In this document: positions 10,250 through 20,701 of the stretch, one piece after another
Position numbering within the stretch: the first letter of the stretch is position 1
Layout: every line of letters begins with the position of its first letter
Assembly: GCA_963662545.2 (NCBI GenBank)
Contig: CAXXLL010000003.1
Span: 2,176,001-2,240,000, forward strand
From: Gammaproteobacteria bacterium
GTDB taxonomy: Bacteria > Pseudomonadota > Gammaproteobacteria > Ga0077536
Length of the DNA stretch: 64,000 nucleotides
Direction: 5' to 3'
Program-made: the position numbers and the translations under genes
Notes under the pieces: model-generated
What the model saw: the letters and a program-made list of their open reading frames with translations, nothing else
Told to the model about the DNA's origin: nothing
Databases searched by the model: none

Positions 10250-11054
10250 GGCATTGTCAGACTAACTGGATCGGACATACAGAACCTTCAGTTGAGGACC
10301 CTTAGGCTGCAAGTTGACGCCACTCGGCCAAAGCGGCGGAGCGATTGAGTTTGAAGTTCTCGCGGTTATAAAGATGACGTTCCTGATTGAAATGATTGTG
10401 GATCGAGGCGTGGGCGGCAGCAAACTTCTGCAGGGTCTTGATGTCCCTGAACCTGGCCATTGCCCCTTCCCGTCGGCGGAACGGTTGGTGTGAGTTTTCG
10501 GCTCTATTGTTGAGCCACTGACCGCAAGTCTGAGCGGCGGCATTGCCGATCACATTCATCGCAGCCCGGTATGATTTGAGCCGGTCCGTCACGATCACCT
10601 TCGGCCGGCCGTAGCGCTTTATTGCGCGTTTCAGAAACCTCAGTGCAGCCTTGCGATCCCGCCGTTTCGTGGCAAAAACTTCGAGTACCTCCCCTTCGTG
10701 ATCGAGGGCGCGCCAGAGGTAGTGTGTTTCACCGTTGATCCGGACAAACACCTCATCAAGATGCCAGCGCCAGTTCGAATAGGATCCATGATGAATGCGG
10801 CGTTTCCGGATCTCGGCTGAAAACAGGGGACCAAAGCGGTTCCACCCGTACCGCACCGTCTCATAACAAATGTCGATGCCCCGTTCGAACAGAATGTCTT
10901 CAACTTGGCGCAACGACAGCGGATAGCGGATATACAACATCACGGCGAGGCGAATGACCTCGGGAGAACTGTTGAAATAACGGAAGGGATTTCGCATCGC
11001 TTGAGGCTACGGAACTCCCCTTCCCCGCTCAAGCCGATTTACTCTGACAATGCC
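10250..11054 (-). mobile_element. IS6-family insertion sequence, copy 1
   Basis: IRs GGCATTGTCAGA(C/G)TAA at both ends, 805 bp. Confidence 0.95.
10302..10997 (-). CDS. IS6-family transposase
   Basis: PLSLRQVEDIL, WHLDEVFVRING..YLWRA.D, VTDRL, NNRAENSHQPFRRRE. Confidence 0.95.
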   Translation of the reverse strand: MRNPFRYFNSSPEVIRLAVMLYIRYPLSLRQVEDILFERGIDICYETVRYGWNRFGPLFSAEIRKRRIHHGSYSNWRWHLDEVFVRINGETHYLWRALDHEGEVLEVFATKRRDRKAALRFLKRAIKRYGRPKVIVTDRLKSYRAAMNVIGNAAAQTCGQWLNNRAENSHQPFRRREGAMARFRDIKTLQKFAAAHASIHNHFNQERHLYNRENFKLNRSAALAEWRQLAA

Positions 11055-11319
11055 CGCTCAATGCTTGAGTGGAGGAGACGAGATAGGAGACACCCCTGTT
11101 TCGTCGCGGCCCTCGCAAGTGGGGCGAAAAATTTTCGCCCCAGCAGACTGGTTTGGTTTTGACGCCTCGACGTTGGAAGAAAAACGGGATGCCGGGTAGG
11201 TGGCATTCCCGGATGTTTCGGGCACAGCCTGATGAGCAATGCCTGATCCGTCTTTAGCTTGATCGGCACTACTTCATTGCATATGATTCCTATAGTTAAG
11301 ATGGATTTCAAGAAATAAC

Positions 11320-11718
11320 ATGAATAACTTCAAACACCCTCTCGCCGTGCGCGCGGTAGCGCACATGACCGCGCTCTGCCGGATGTTCGAGCGCCTCGCG
11401 AGCATGCCGCGATCCACCGGCACCTGGGAGCCCAGGACACCAGGCGATGTGGACTTGCGGCTTCAACTGCAAGGCGATCCGCCCCGCCGCATATGGCGGC
11501 GCTACTTTTACCTCGTGCTGGCGGTGATAGTCCTTGTGCTCGGGCTCGTCGTCGCTCACAGTGCGCGCGCCTATGCCTATAACGATTGCATGAGGCCCTA
11601 TGTCGACGGTTTTGCTTCGTATCTGGAAAGCGAAGACCTGAGCATGGGGCTTCAAACCCTCGATGGCGATTGCATGCTGGAACCGTCAGCGCCAACCACG
11701 AGGTCGGATGCTCCGTGA
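11320..11718 (+). CDS. hypothetical membrane/secreted protein (3' end overlapped by an IS fragment)
   Basis: Hydrophobic YFYLVLAVIVLVLGLVVA segment followed by an AxA site; AT-rich upstream region. Confidence 0.45.
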   Translation: MNNFKHPLAVRAVAHMTALCRMFERLASMPRSTGTWEPRTPGDVDLRLQLQGDPPRRIWRRYFYLVLAVIVLVLGLVVAHSARAYAYNDCMRPYVDGFASYLESEDLSMGLQTLDGDCMLEPSAPTTRSDAP

Positions 11719-11831
11719 CGTTGAAATGCAAGGTCCGCCGGCACTCATGACTCAACAAGACAAACACAAACAATACCCGGAACGTCGCCGAAGGTACGGT
11801 GAAGAAATCCATCGAGATCAGCTCTCGGATG
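11700..11831 (-). pseudogene. integrase-core (rve) transposase fragment
   Basis: SMDFFTVPSATFRVLFVFVLLSHECRRTLHFNVTEHPT motif; cut by IS6 copy 2. Confidence 0.7.
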
Positions 11832-12636
11832 GGCATTGTCAGACTAACTTGATCTGACCAGTAGAGCCAACAATCGAGGCCTTTTAAGCTGCAAGTTGAC
11901 ACCACTCAGCCAGGGCAGCGGCTCGGGCTTGTTTGAAAATAGCGCGGCGGTTGAGGTGGCGTTGGTGGTTGAAATGGTTATAGATCGAGGCATGGACGGC
12001 GGCGAATTTCTGTAGGGTCTTGATGTCTCTGAAGCGCGCCATTGCCCCTTCCCGCCTTCGAAAGGGCTGATGTGAGTGCTCTGCCCGGTTGTTCAGCCAA
12101 CGCCCGGTCTCTTGGCAACCTTCGTTGCCGAGCACCTTCATCGCAGCACGATATGACGGTAGCCTATCCGTGACGATCGAAGCCGGCCGGCCATAACGCT
12201 TCATCGTACGCTTCAGGAACTCAAGCGCAGCCTTGCGGTCCCGCCGTTTCGTCACAAAACCCTCAAGGACTTCGCCTTCATGGTCAACGGCACGCCATAG
12301 GTAATGTGTCTTGCCGTTGATGCGGACAAACACTTCATCAAGGTGCCAGCGCCAGTTCGAATAGGATCCATGATGAACACGGCGTGTCCGGATCTCCGCG
12401 GCAAACAGCGGACCAAAGCGGTTCCACCCATACCGCACGGTCTCATAGCAGATCTCGATGCCGCGCTCGAACAGGAGGTCTTCGACCTATCTCAGCGACA
12501 AAGGGTATCGGACATACAACATCACCGCGAAGCGGATCACTTCGGGCGAACTGTTGAAATAACGGAAAGGATTGTGCATCACCGGAGGCTACGAGGTCTT
12601 ACTTTTCAGCTCAAGCCCATTTACTCTGACAATGCC
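11832..12636 (-). mobile_element. IS6-family insertion sequence, copy 2; transposase 11884-12579 inactivated by TAG at 12487-89
   Basis: Same IRs and 805-bp length as copy 1 but diverged; CAG->TAG in PLSLR*VED. Confidence 0.9.
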
Positions 12637-12756
12637 CCCTGGTTTATGGCAGGTTTGGAAAAGGCGATTGGATAAAAGAGTGTGTACTCCATCAAGACAA
12701 TCAACAACTGCTGTGTCAGTAGCCCATGAAAGACACCGCCACCGTGAATACTATAA

Positions 12757-12987
12757 GCCGTGTCCGTCGTCAGAATAAATAGGACAGTGTAGGCGGTTAT
12801 CTAACGGAGGCTTTGGCTCATCCTGATTGATGTTAAGCGGATTGCTTGTGATGAGCCAAGCGGCTTTTTGGATGGTCAGGTTTTTAATCTTTCTCTTTCT
12901 CTCAATGATGACGTGGTCCCGGCCGAAGCAGGTATCGGCAGGCGTGACGTTACCGATGCTCTCGTGATAACGGCGGTGGTTGTAGGT
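12757..12987 (-). pseudogene. IS3/IS481-like transposase C-terminal remnant
   Basis: YNHRRYHESIGNVTPADTCFGR..IK; same family as 7898-8267; cut by the adjacent IS3. Confidence 0.7.
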
Positions 12988-13061
12988 TGACCTTTCCCCC
13001 CAAAAGGTAGCCAAATTCGTTAGGAGATTTCCCACAAAATTGACCCAAGGGAGGTCTCGAT

Positions 13062-13328
13062 ATGAAGCGCAAGCGCTATACCGAAGAACAGATAATTTCG
13101 ATCCTCAAAGGGCACGAAGCTGGGATGCCGGCCCAGGAAGTCATTCGCAAACACGGTATCGCTAACGGCACGTTTTACCGCTGGAAGGAAAAGTTCAGCG
13201 GCATGGAGATATCCGATGCGAAGCGATTACGGGAACTCGAAGCCGAGAATGCAAAGCTGAAGCGGCTGCTCGCCGAGACGCTACTCGACAAGACCGCGCT
13301 GGAGGACGTTGTGCAAAAAAAGTGGTGA
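13062..13328 (+). CDS. IS3-family transposase OrfA
   Basis: MKRKRYTEEQII..TFYRWK..KRLRELEAENAKLKRL; A7G -1 slippery site at the 3' end. Confidence 0.92.
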   Translation: MKRKRYTEEQIISILKGHEAGMPAQEVIRKHGIANGTFYRWKEKFSGMEISDAKRLRELEAENAKLKRLLAETLLDKTALEDVVQKKW

Positions 13329-14140
13329 AGCCGGCACAGCGGCGCGCTGTCGTCGGCTATTTGCAGCAAAGGTATTCAATGAGCCAACGTCGAGCCTGTC
13401 GATTGGTGAAGCTCAGCCGCAAGTCAGCCGCTTATCAAGCGAAGCCTCGTAACGATCAAGCGCTCAGTGATCGACTCAAGACGCTCGGTGAACAGTATCC
13501 GCGTTACGGCTACCTGATGCTGCACGCAATGCTTGAATCTGAAGGCCTGGTCGTGAACCGCAAGCGTACCTAGCGGCTCTACAAGGCGTTGGGCATGCAG
13601 GTGCGCACGAAGCGGCGCAAGAAGCTCGCCCGACCCCGGATACCGATGGCTGCGCCGACACAGGTCAACGAACGCTGGTCACTGGACTTCGTGCACGATC
13701 AACTCACGCACGGCAGGCGGATCTGTATCCTAAACATCGTGGATGATTATTCGCGAACCTGCGTCGGCCAACTCGTCGATACTTCGATCTCCGGTTTGCG
13801 CGTCGCTCGCCGCTTGGATGAGCTTGCAAATAGTCGCGGGCTGCCAGCATCCATTGTCATGGACAACGGCCCAGAACTCACTAGCAAGGCGATGTTCTTT
13901 TGGTCGCAACGAACCGCTGTAAAACTTCACTTCATCCAGCCGGGCAAGCCAACGCAGAACGCGTTCGTTGAAAGCTTCAACGCCAGACTACGTGACAGCT
14001 GCCTCAACCAACACTGGTTCAAAGATCTGACCGCAGCGCGACGCATCATTTACGCCTGGAAGCATCACTACAACCATGAAAGACCACACAGCTCGCTCGA
14101 TTATCAGGCTCCTGCTGTATTCGAAATCAAAGCCGCCTGA
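13322..14140 (+). pseudogene. IS3-family transposase OrfB with in-frame TAG at 13571-73
   Basis: WSLDFVHD, DNGPEL, PGKPTQNAFVESFN, YNHERPHSSL; KRT*RLY. Confidence 0.9.
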
Positions 14141-14258
14141 TACGATGTTTTATCTCCTAGAATCTGGCAACCCAACGGGGAGAAGATCAGCGTCACCGTA
14201 CCTTGGCGCACACACTCCCACGAATCTCAAGTGAAAGGCATCGGAGAGGATTCCTCAT

Positions 14259-15425
14259 ATGACCGAGTACGCAAGATACGGGAAATGGGAGGTGATCGAG
14301 CCCATTGGCCGAGGTGGGCAGGGACAGGTTTATCTGGTTCGCGATGTGTCCGGGGCAGCAGATACAGGGGAACGCTGGAGGAAGCTACAGAAGCCGATCA
14401 CTACCCTGAACATCGCAAGCGAGCAACAGCGATATGAGGAGGCCGGTTCGCAACTTGCGGACGAGATTCGTCAGATTGTGAGTGAATCGCAAGCGCCGAT
14501 CGGTGCCCTCAAAAAAATGCTGCCCTTTGAAGATGGCGCAGCGGAAGATGAGGCAGCCGCTCTCGATCGGATGAAGCGGGAATTGTCAGTCCTCGAATCA
14601 GTAAGTCATCCGTCGCTCGTGAAGGTGCTGGACAGCAACCTCGACGAGAAGTGGTTCGTGATGGAGTACCTTGAGGGTGGGAAGTTGTCTGACCGTCTGG
14701 AGACCTACAAGGGGCGTGTGCTCGATGCGCTTAGGGCTGTCAGGCCGATTGTTGACGCGGTGTCTGCGTTCCACACCGCGAAGGTTGTTCACAGGGACAT
14801 TAAACCCGACAACATCTTTGTAGCGTCTGACGGGCATCTCGTTCTGGGTGATTGTGGCCTGGCGTTCAAGGTCGAGAGCCAGGACAGGTTGACGCTGACA
14901 TGGGAAAACGTAGGCACCCGCGACTTTCAGCCACCTTGGAGCTACACAAAGCGTTTGGCGGATGTGCAGCCAGCATACGACGTGTTCAGTCTGGCAAAGT
15001 TGTTGTGGGCAATGGTGTCCGGTCGCCCGAAGTTCGCCCTCTGGTACTTTGACAGTGAGGATAACGACTTGCGCCAGATGTTCCCGGATGAACCTGGTGT
15101 CCACTTCGTCCACAAAATCCTTGGGAAGTGCGTTGTGCAACAAGAGGACGAGACGAAATTGCACGACGCAGGTGAGCTGCTCGAAGAGGTCGACACTACA
15201 ATTGCGGCGCTGTCGCATGGCTGTCAGCTGCCGGGATGGAAGCGTAGGATGCGATGTCGGTTCTGTGGAATCGGCACATATAAAAAGTCACCTAGAGACG
15301 AGATCGCGGGAAACGTTAGGATAATGTACGAGCGAACCTATTTCGTATGTGGCCACTGCGGACACCTTGAGTCATTCGTCTGGCCGGACGGCAGTCGGCC
15401 GCCTGTTTGGGATGAGAGCAACTAA
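14259..15425 (+). CDS. Ser/Thr (Hanks-type) protein kinase with C-terminal Zn ribbon
   Basis: IGRGGQGQVY, ALKK, KRELSVL, HRDIKPDN, DCG, GTRDF, DVFSL; CRFC...CGHC tail; GGAGAGG RBS. Confidence 0.9.
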   Translation: MTEYARYGKWEVIEPIGRGGQGQVYLVRDVSGAADTGERWRKLQKPITTLNIASEQQRYEEAGSQLADEIRQIVSESQAPIGALKKMLPFEDGAAEDEAAALDRMKRELSVLESVSHPSLVKVLDSNLDEKWFVMEYLEGGKLSDRLETYKGRVLDALRAVRPIVDAVSAFHTAKVVHRDIKPDNIFVASDGHLVLGDCGLAFKVESQDRLTLTWENVGTRDFQPPWSYTKRLADVQPAYDVFSLAKLLWAMVSGRPKFALWYFDSEDNDLRQMFPDEPGVHFVHKILGKCVVQQEDETKLHDAGELLEEVDTTIAALSHGCQLPGWKRRMRCRFCGIGTYKKSPRDEIAGNVRIMYERTYFVCGHCGHLESFVWPDGSRPPVWDESN

Positions 15426-15468
15426 AAGCCTGGCCCAGTAGCCGACCCCGGACGGTCAAGCTGAACTG

Positions 15469-15521
15469 TGTCAACGGCGGCGGGATTATGTACCGCGCGG
15501 CGGCGTAAAAATGTACCACGG
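15469..15521. mobile_element. orphan IS21-family terminal repeat
   Basis: TGTCAACGGCGGCGGGATTATGTACCGC..GGCGGCGTAAAAATGTACCAC resembles the ends of the IS21 at 22245-24825; a similar orphan end starts near 18731. Confidence 0.6.
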
Positions 15522-15593
15522 TGTTGATTTGCACCGAATATTGACCCGGTATTTGCACTGAAAATTGACCCACCCGGATGAGCCGATTATGGC

Positions 15594-16367
15594 TCAGGTT
15601 TTGTTCTTTTTCTTAGGTTTTGTCTCCTTGTTGTTGGTGGTTGAGTTCTTGAGCCGATAACTGTCGTTGCCGGTCTCAAGGATATGGCAGTGGTGGGTGA
15701 GTCGATCCAGCAGTGCTGTTGTCAGCTTGGCATCGCCGAATACGTTGGGCCATTCCGAGAAGCTCAGGTTGGTGGTGATGATCAGGCTGGTCTTTTCGTA
15801 CAGTTTGCTCAGCAGGTGAAACAGCAAGGCACCGCCAACCTGGCTGAACGGCAGGTACCCGAGCTCATCGAGGATGAGCAGATCGACGTGCACCAGCCGG
15901 TTGGCCAGGCGTCCTTGCTTGCCGTTGAGCTTTTCCTGCTCAAGCGCATTAACAAGTTCAATGGTGGATAAGAACCGAACCCGGCGATGGTGGTGGATGA
16001 TGGCTTGCACGCCGATCGCGGTGGCGATGTGTGTCTTGCCGGTACCTGGGCCACCGATGAGCACGATGTTCTCGGTATCGTCGAGGAACTCACAGCGATG
16101 CAGGGACTTCACCTGGCTGACACTAATGCTGCTTTCGTTGAAGTCGAAGCCTGCGAGATCCCGGTGTGCCGGGAACCGAGCGATCTTCATCTGGTAGTTG
16201 ATGGAACGCACCTCGCGTTCGGCGACTTCGGCCTTGATGAGCTTCTCGAGCAGCTCGCCGGACTGCTTGAATGCCGGCGATCCCTGTTCGGCCAACTCTG
16301 TGATAGCGCCTGCCATGCCGTGCAGCTTCATCGACTTCAATGTGGTGACCAGTGTATCAACCGACAT
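15594..16367 (-). CDS. istB: IS21 helper ATPase IstB
   Basis: [39 protein letters not shown]. Confidence 0.95.
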   Translation of the reverse strand: MSVDTLVTTLKSMKLHGMAGAITELAEQGSPAFKQSGELLEKLIKAEVAEREVRSINYQMKIARFPAHRDLAGFDFNESSISVSQVKSLHRCEFLDDTENIVLIGGPGTGKTHIATAIGVQAIIHHHRRVRFLSTIELVNALEQEKLNGKQGRLANRLVHVDLLILDELGYLPFSQVGGALLFHLLSKLYEKTSLIITTNLSFSEWPNVFGDAKLTTALLDRLTHHCHILETGNDSYRLKNSTTNNKETKPKKKNKT

Positions 16368-17883
16368 AATGATTACCTCTCAGGCTATCGTAACGTTCGG
16401 TGTTGGCGATCGGCTCGTTACTGAGACTTAAAGACGGTGGCGGCTCGAGGGCCGCCGGAGGCGGCGTGTCCAGTAATCGCGACAGTCGGTTGAGAATGTG
16501 GGTCTTGGAGATCACGCCGCTGGCAATGGCCTCACAGACAGCCTGTTCCACGAGCTTCTCGTCGTGGTGCAGCACAAGCGCCAGGATGTCGGCCATCTCG
16601 CGATCACCACCGTCGCGTTGACGCAGGACAGACCGCAAGCGCTGGAAGCTCTTTGGTAGCTCGGCAAACGGTGCACCGTTCCGTAATGCACCGGGCTTTC
16701 TCTGCACCACGGCCAGGTAGTGGCGCCAGTCGTAGACGGTTGTGCCCTTGCTGTTGTGATCGCGATTAAACACCCGGACATGCTCGGCAATGACCCTAGC
16801 CTCAGCCACCAGCACGATGCGATCGGCATAGGCTCGCATGCTGACGACGCGGTTGGCGAAGGCCGCCGGTACGCTGTAGCGGTTGCGTTCGAAGTGAATC
16901 AGGCAGGTTGGCGTAACGCGCTTGGTGAGCTCCACAAAGCCATCGAAGGGCGGTGGCATCACCATCAGCGCAGCACGCTCATCGTCGAACACCTCGGCAA
17001 CGGTGCGACCGTTCTGTTCCGGGTGCAAGACCTCGTGCCACAACGACTGGCAGCGCTCTTCCAGCCAGTCGTTGAGCTTGGCGAGGCTCGCGAACGCCGG
17101 TGCGTCCTGCAGCATGCGATGCCGGGCATCGCGAACGGCCTTCTCCACCTGGCCTTTCTCCCAGCCGGCGGCGGGGTTACAGAACTCGGACTCAAACAGA
17201 AAATGGCTGACCATGGCGCGGAAACGGGCGTTGACCTTGCGGTGTTTACCGCGACCGACCTTGTCCACAGCGGTCTTCATATTGTCGTAGATGCCGCGCT
17301 CCGGAATGCCCTGCAACACACGGAAAGCATGATTGTGGGCGTCGAACAGCATCTCGTGCGTCTGGGTCAGGTAGGCGCGAAGAAAGAACGCTCGGCTGTG
17401 GCACAACTTGAAGTGCGCCATCTGCAGCTTGGTCTTCTTGCCGCCAATGCGAATCCAGTCTTCGCTCCAGTCGAACTGGAAAGCCTCTCCGGGTGCAAAG
17501 ACGAGCGGCACAAAGGCACCTCGACTGGCGCGGCTCTCCCGTTCGCGCTCACGTTGTCGCCAGTCGCGGGCGAAGGCGGCGACCCGGTCGTAGGAACCAT
17601 CAAAACCCAGCGCCACCAGGTCGCGATGTAACTGCTTTAAGTTACGTCGTCGCTTCCTGTTGCGCTTGGCCTCGCGCTTCAGCCAACTCAGCAAGGTATC
17701 CACAAATGGATCGAGCTTGCTGATGCTCTTTCTGGCCGGGTATGCAGGCGTTACCTCACCGTTGGCCAGGTACTTCTTTATCGTGTTCCGGGAAAGCCCG
17801 GTTCGTCTTGTAATCTCTCTTATCGGTAGCTTGTCACGTCCGTGCCAGCGCCGAATAACACTCAATAAATCCACGTCTATCAC
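16357..17883 (-). CDS. istA: IS21 transposase IstA
   Basis: [39 protein letters not shown]. Confidence 0.95.
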   Translation of the reverse strand: MIDVDLLSVIRRWHGRDKLPIREITRRTGLSRNTIKKYLANGEVTPAYPARKSISKLDPFVDTLLSWLKREAKRNRKRRRNLKQLHRDLVALGFDGSYDRVAAFARDWRQRERERESRASRGAFVPLVFAPGEAFQFDWSEDWIRIGGKKTKLQMAHFKLCHSRAFFLRAYLTQTHEMLFDAHNHAFRVLQGIPERGIYDNMKTAVDKVGRGKHRKVNARFRAMVSHFLFESEFCNPAAGWEKGQVEKAVRDARHRMLQDAPAFASLAKLNDWLEERCQSLWHEVLHPEQNGRTVAEVFDDERAALMVMPPPFDGFVELTKRVTPTCLIHFERNRYSVPAAFANRVVSMRAYADRIVLVAEARVIAEHVRVFNRDHNSKGTTVYDWRHYLAVVQRKPGALRNGAPFAELPKSFQRLRSVLRQRDGGDREMADILALVLHHDEKLVEQAVCEAIASGVISKTHILNRLSRLLDTPPPAALEPPPSLSLSNEPIANTERYDSLRGNHYVG

Positions 17884-17989
17884 TCCTTCATAACTCCTGC
17901 AGTCCAATCGCAGGAGAAGGGTTACACGTGGGTCATTTTTAGATGCAAATAATGGGGGCTAGTGGGTCAACTTTGGATGCAAATCAACA

Positions 17990-18534
17990 AGACCGAGGGC
18001 ACGGAGGCCTATACGGGAGACTATACCTACGGAAAGACGGGACCGAACACGGGACAGATCCAATTCGACTACGATGACGGTGATCGCTGTACATCGAGCA
18101 TCGCGTTCGACTCAACCACTACGGGCGTCGTCGCCTTCGCGTGTGATGACGGCGAGACGGGAACAACAAGCTGGCGGATCGTGGACATCGAGGTAGAGGC
18201 TACCGGGTTCGCGCCGGCCGATCAAACCGCGTTTGATACCCGCTTCGTCGGTAAGCGGGTGGAGACAAGCATATCGTTCTACCACGTGGACTTCGTCTCT
18301 GCCGGTCGTGTCAGCCAAGTCATCAGAGGGGAAGCCTCCGGGGGACGGTATACCTACGAGAAGACGGATGCGAATGCGGGAACGCTCGAGTTCTACTCCG
18401 ATGACACAGATCACTGTACCCTAGACCTTACCTTCGATTCAGCCACGGCGGGCACCACCGACGTCACTTGCGATGACGGAACAGAGTTATCACCCGTAAG
18501 CTGGCAGCTCGTAGATATTCCCGCGCCTGCGTAG
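17990..18534 (+). pseudogene. C-terminal fragment of an acidic repeat-domain (probably surface/secreted) protein
   Basis: Two copies of G.YTY.KT..N.G...F..DD.D.CT....FDS.T.G.....CDDG.....SW..VDI; N-terminus removed by IS21. Confidence 0.75.
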
Positions 18535-18894
18535 AGCTCCCGTCGCCTTCGGTAACCGATAGCTGCACGAATGCAGGGGTGTTCTTCACACTGAGTGTGG
18601 CGGTTACACGTAGGGCAAAGCTCGGACTCGCGCGGAGTTCATGTCCTGTCGCCGTGGAAAGACGCAAGCGTAACGTGCTCCCCATTCGTCCCTCATTCAT
18701 AACGAGAGTCTGTGGGGTTGATAATCATGGTGTTAACGGCGGAGGAATAATGCCTCACGCGAGGCGGCCGGGCGGTGCGGTCGCGGCGCCGCGAAATTGC
18801 GCCACCAATGGCGCCTTGTCGTTCGTGGCGAGGGGCTGAGTCATCATGAGGTGGCGTAGCGATACAAATTCTCTCCGTCGTTGGCAGTCGGGGC

Positions 18895-19134
18895 GAAAGC
18901 CGCCTATATCGAGCGCTTCGACGCCCGCTTCCGTGACGAACTGCTCGCCCGCGAAATATTCTTAAGCCTGCGCGTGGCGTCCATCCTGAGCGAATCATCG
19001 AAGAAACTTTACAATACCAGGCGGCTATACACCGCCTTGGGCGACCACCCACCGGGCCCGCAAACCATCGTTTCTATGGACTAAAGGCCGCTCATCCACT
19101 AACAATCAAGATGGACCACTCAACGGGGGCAGAC
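18895..19134 (+). pseudogene. IS3-family OrfB C-terminal remnant with right end
   Basis: YIERFDARFRDELLAREIF..YNTRR..ALG..PP; end-like GGACCACTCAACGGGGGCAGAC. Confidence 0.7.
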
Positions 19135-19138
19135 GGAT

Positions 19139-19333
19139 TTGCGCTTATTTCGGGAGATGCCACAAGAAGAGCTTGCACACGTTTGTGGCTTTGATAGGAC
19201 TTATATTTCTTTGCTTGAGCGTGCTAAGCGTCAACCGTCACTGACTACAGTTTTCGCGCTAGCTGAACAACTCAACGTAAATCCTGAAGAAATCGTGAGT
19301 GAGACGAAGCAACGTTTGACACGTCGAAAATAG
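19139..19333 (+). CDS. XRE-family HTH regulator (C-protein-like), probably N-truncated
   Basis: QEELAHVCGFDRTYISLLERAKRQPSLTTVFALA. Confidence 0.8.
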   Translation: MRLFREMPQEELAHVCGFDRTYISLLERAKRQPSLTTVFALAEQLNVNPEEIVSETKQRLTRRK

Positions 19334-19472
19334 ATACCAACGTGTGCCATTTCGCTGCCATCGTAAGATCTCGACTCTGTAGCAGAGTCTAATGCTTTGC
19401 TCTGAGATTTCGCGCCAAAACGCAAATGGGGCGTTCTGGCGTCATTTCTCTAATCGAGCATGCATCTCAGTT

Positions 19473-19601
19473 GCACTTACAGCGCACTTACGAGCATGGA
19501 AGCGTGCGAATTTGAGGAGCTTCGGAAATCGCCTAACTTATTGATCGGTAAAGGGTAGGTGTGATTGGAGTTGAACCAACGACCTCAGCATTGTAAGTGC
19601 G
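19473..19601 (-). other. att-like site: tRNA-Val(TAC)-like 3' half with IHF site and arm-type repeats
   Basis: Reverse complement of 19554-19601 = GCA-CTTACAA-TGC-TGAGGTC-GTTGG-TTCAACT-CCAAT-CACACCT-ACC; IHF-like GATCAATAAGTTA (19534-46); GCACTTAC x2 (19473, 19484); no tRNA 5' half. Confidence 0.65.
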
Positions 19602-19790
19602 TTCGGCGGGTGTTACCCAGCGAACGGCAGAGCACGTCAAAGAAATTTAAAATGCAGTCAAACAGGGTCTCATTATCGCCCGAACACATTGAGAGACCAA
19701 CCCCACCCAGGTTGCCCGGTATGGCAAATGGTTGCACCTCGGCCCTTGGTGATACGCTTATTGCCAACCACCACCAGGGGGAGAATTACC

Positions 19791-20570
19791 ATGCGTGTCC
19801 CGCCACTCGAAGAGTATGCAAAGAAATACGAGCACATTCAGTTCCATCGTGAAGACGGCATTTTGCAGATCACCATGCACAGCGACGGCTCCGACCTCGT
19901 GTGGGGATTCCCACCTCACCAGGAGCTCGGATATTGCTTTGGTGACATTGCGGCCGATCCCGAGAATAAAGTCATCGTCTTCACCGGCTCGGGTGAGACG
20001 TTTATAGACAAGGAAGACCTCGGCGGCGGTGCGGTCGAAGCCAATGCCTGGGGCGCGCATGTGCTGCCGGACGCAAAGCGGCTGCTCATGAACCTGCTCG
20101 AGATCCAGGCACCCATGATCGCTGCGGTGAATGGGCCGGCAACGGTGCACGCTGAGCTGGCGCTGCTCTGCGACATCGTGCTCGCGGCTGAGCACGCAAC
20201 GTTCCAGGATGCGCCGCATTTCCCCAGTGGGCTCGTGCCAGGCGACGGTGTACACATCGTCTGGCCGATGCTGCTTGGGCTGAACCGCGGGCGCTACTTT
20301 CTGATCACCGGACAGGTGCTCTCGGCCGATGAAGCGCACGGGCTCGGCGTGGTCAACGAGGTCATGCCGCACGAAGACCTGTTACCACGGGCGTGGGTGC
20401 TCGCGCGCAAAATTCGCCAGCGCCCGGAGCTCACGGTGCGCCTCACGCGTGAAGCGATCCTGCAGCAGGTCAAGCGCGCCATGCTCGACCACCTGCCTTA
20501 CGGACTCGCGCTCGAAGGCCTTGCGGCCTGCGATTACTGGCCGCAGGATTTCGCTAGGGAGCAGCTCTGA
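19791..20570 (+). CDS. crotonase-family beta-diketone hydrolase (6-oxocamphor hydrolase-like)
   Basis: [68 protein letters not shown]. Confidence 0.85.
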   Translation: MRVPPLEEYAKKYEHIQFHREDGILQITMHSDGSDLVWGFPPHQELGYCFGDIAADPENKVIVFTGSGETFIDKEDLGGGAVEANAWGAHVLPDAKRLLMNLLEIQAPMIAAVNGPATVHAELALLCDIVLAAEHATFQDAPHFPSGLVPGDGVHIVWPMLLGLNRGRYFLITGQVLSADEAHGLGVVNEVMPHEDLLPRAWVLARKIRQRPELTVRLTREAILQQVKRAMLDHLPYGLALEGLAACDYWPQDFAREQL

Positions 20571-20701
20571 ACGATGGCCTGCGACGTGATCGCTCCCACG
20601 CGTCAGCGGTGACGCCATTCAGCTCAGCGGGAGAAGTGTTCCACGGCAGCTCCTGGCCGAGCCTGTGTGATCCTCAATCAAAATGCGATACCGCTTATTG
20701 C

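Larger units (their letters stand above)
12988..14189 (+). mobile_element. IS3-family (IS407 group) insertion sequence
   Basis: IRs TGACCTTTCCCCCCAAAAGGTAGCCA / TGATCTTCTCCCCGTTGGGTTGCCA; no target duplication visible. Confidence 0.9.
15522..17989 (-). mobile_element. IS21-family (IS1326-like) insertion sequence
   Basis: Ends TGTTGATTTGCA with internal TTGACCC repeats; carries istA and istB; flanks unrelated, no target duplication. Confidence 0.93.

Noticed and set aside
19554-19601. Functional tRNA-Val gene
   Set aside because: The D-arm and 5' acceptor strand are absent and CCA is not intact; kept only as an att-like fragment
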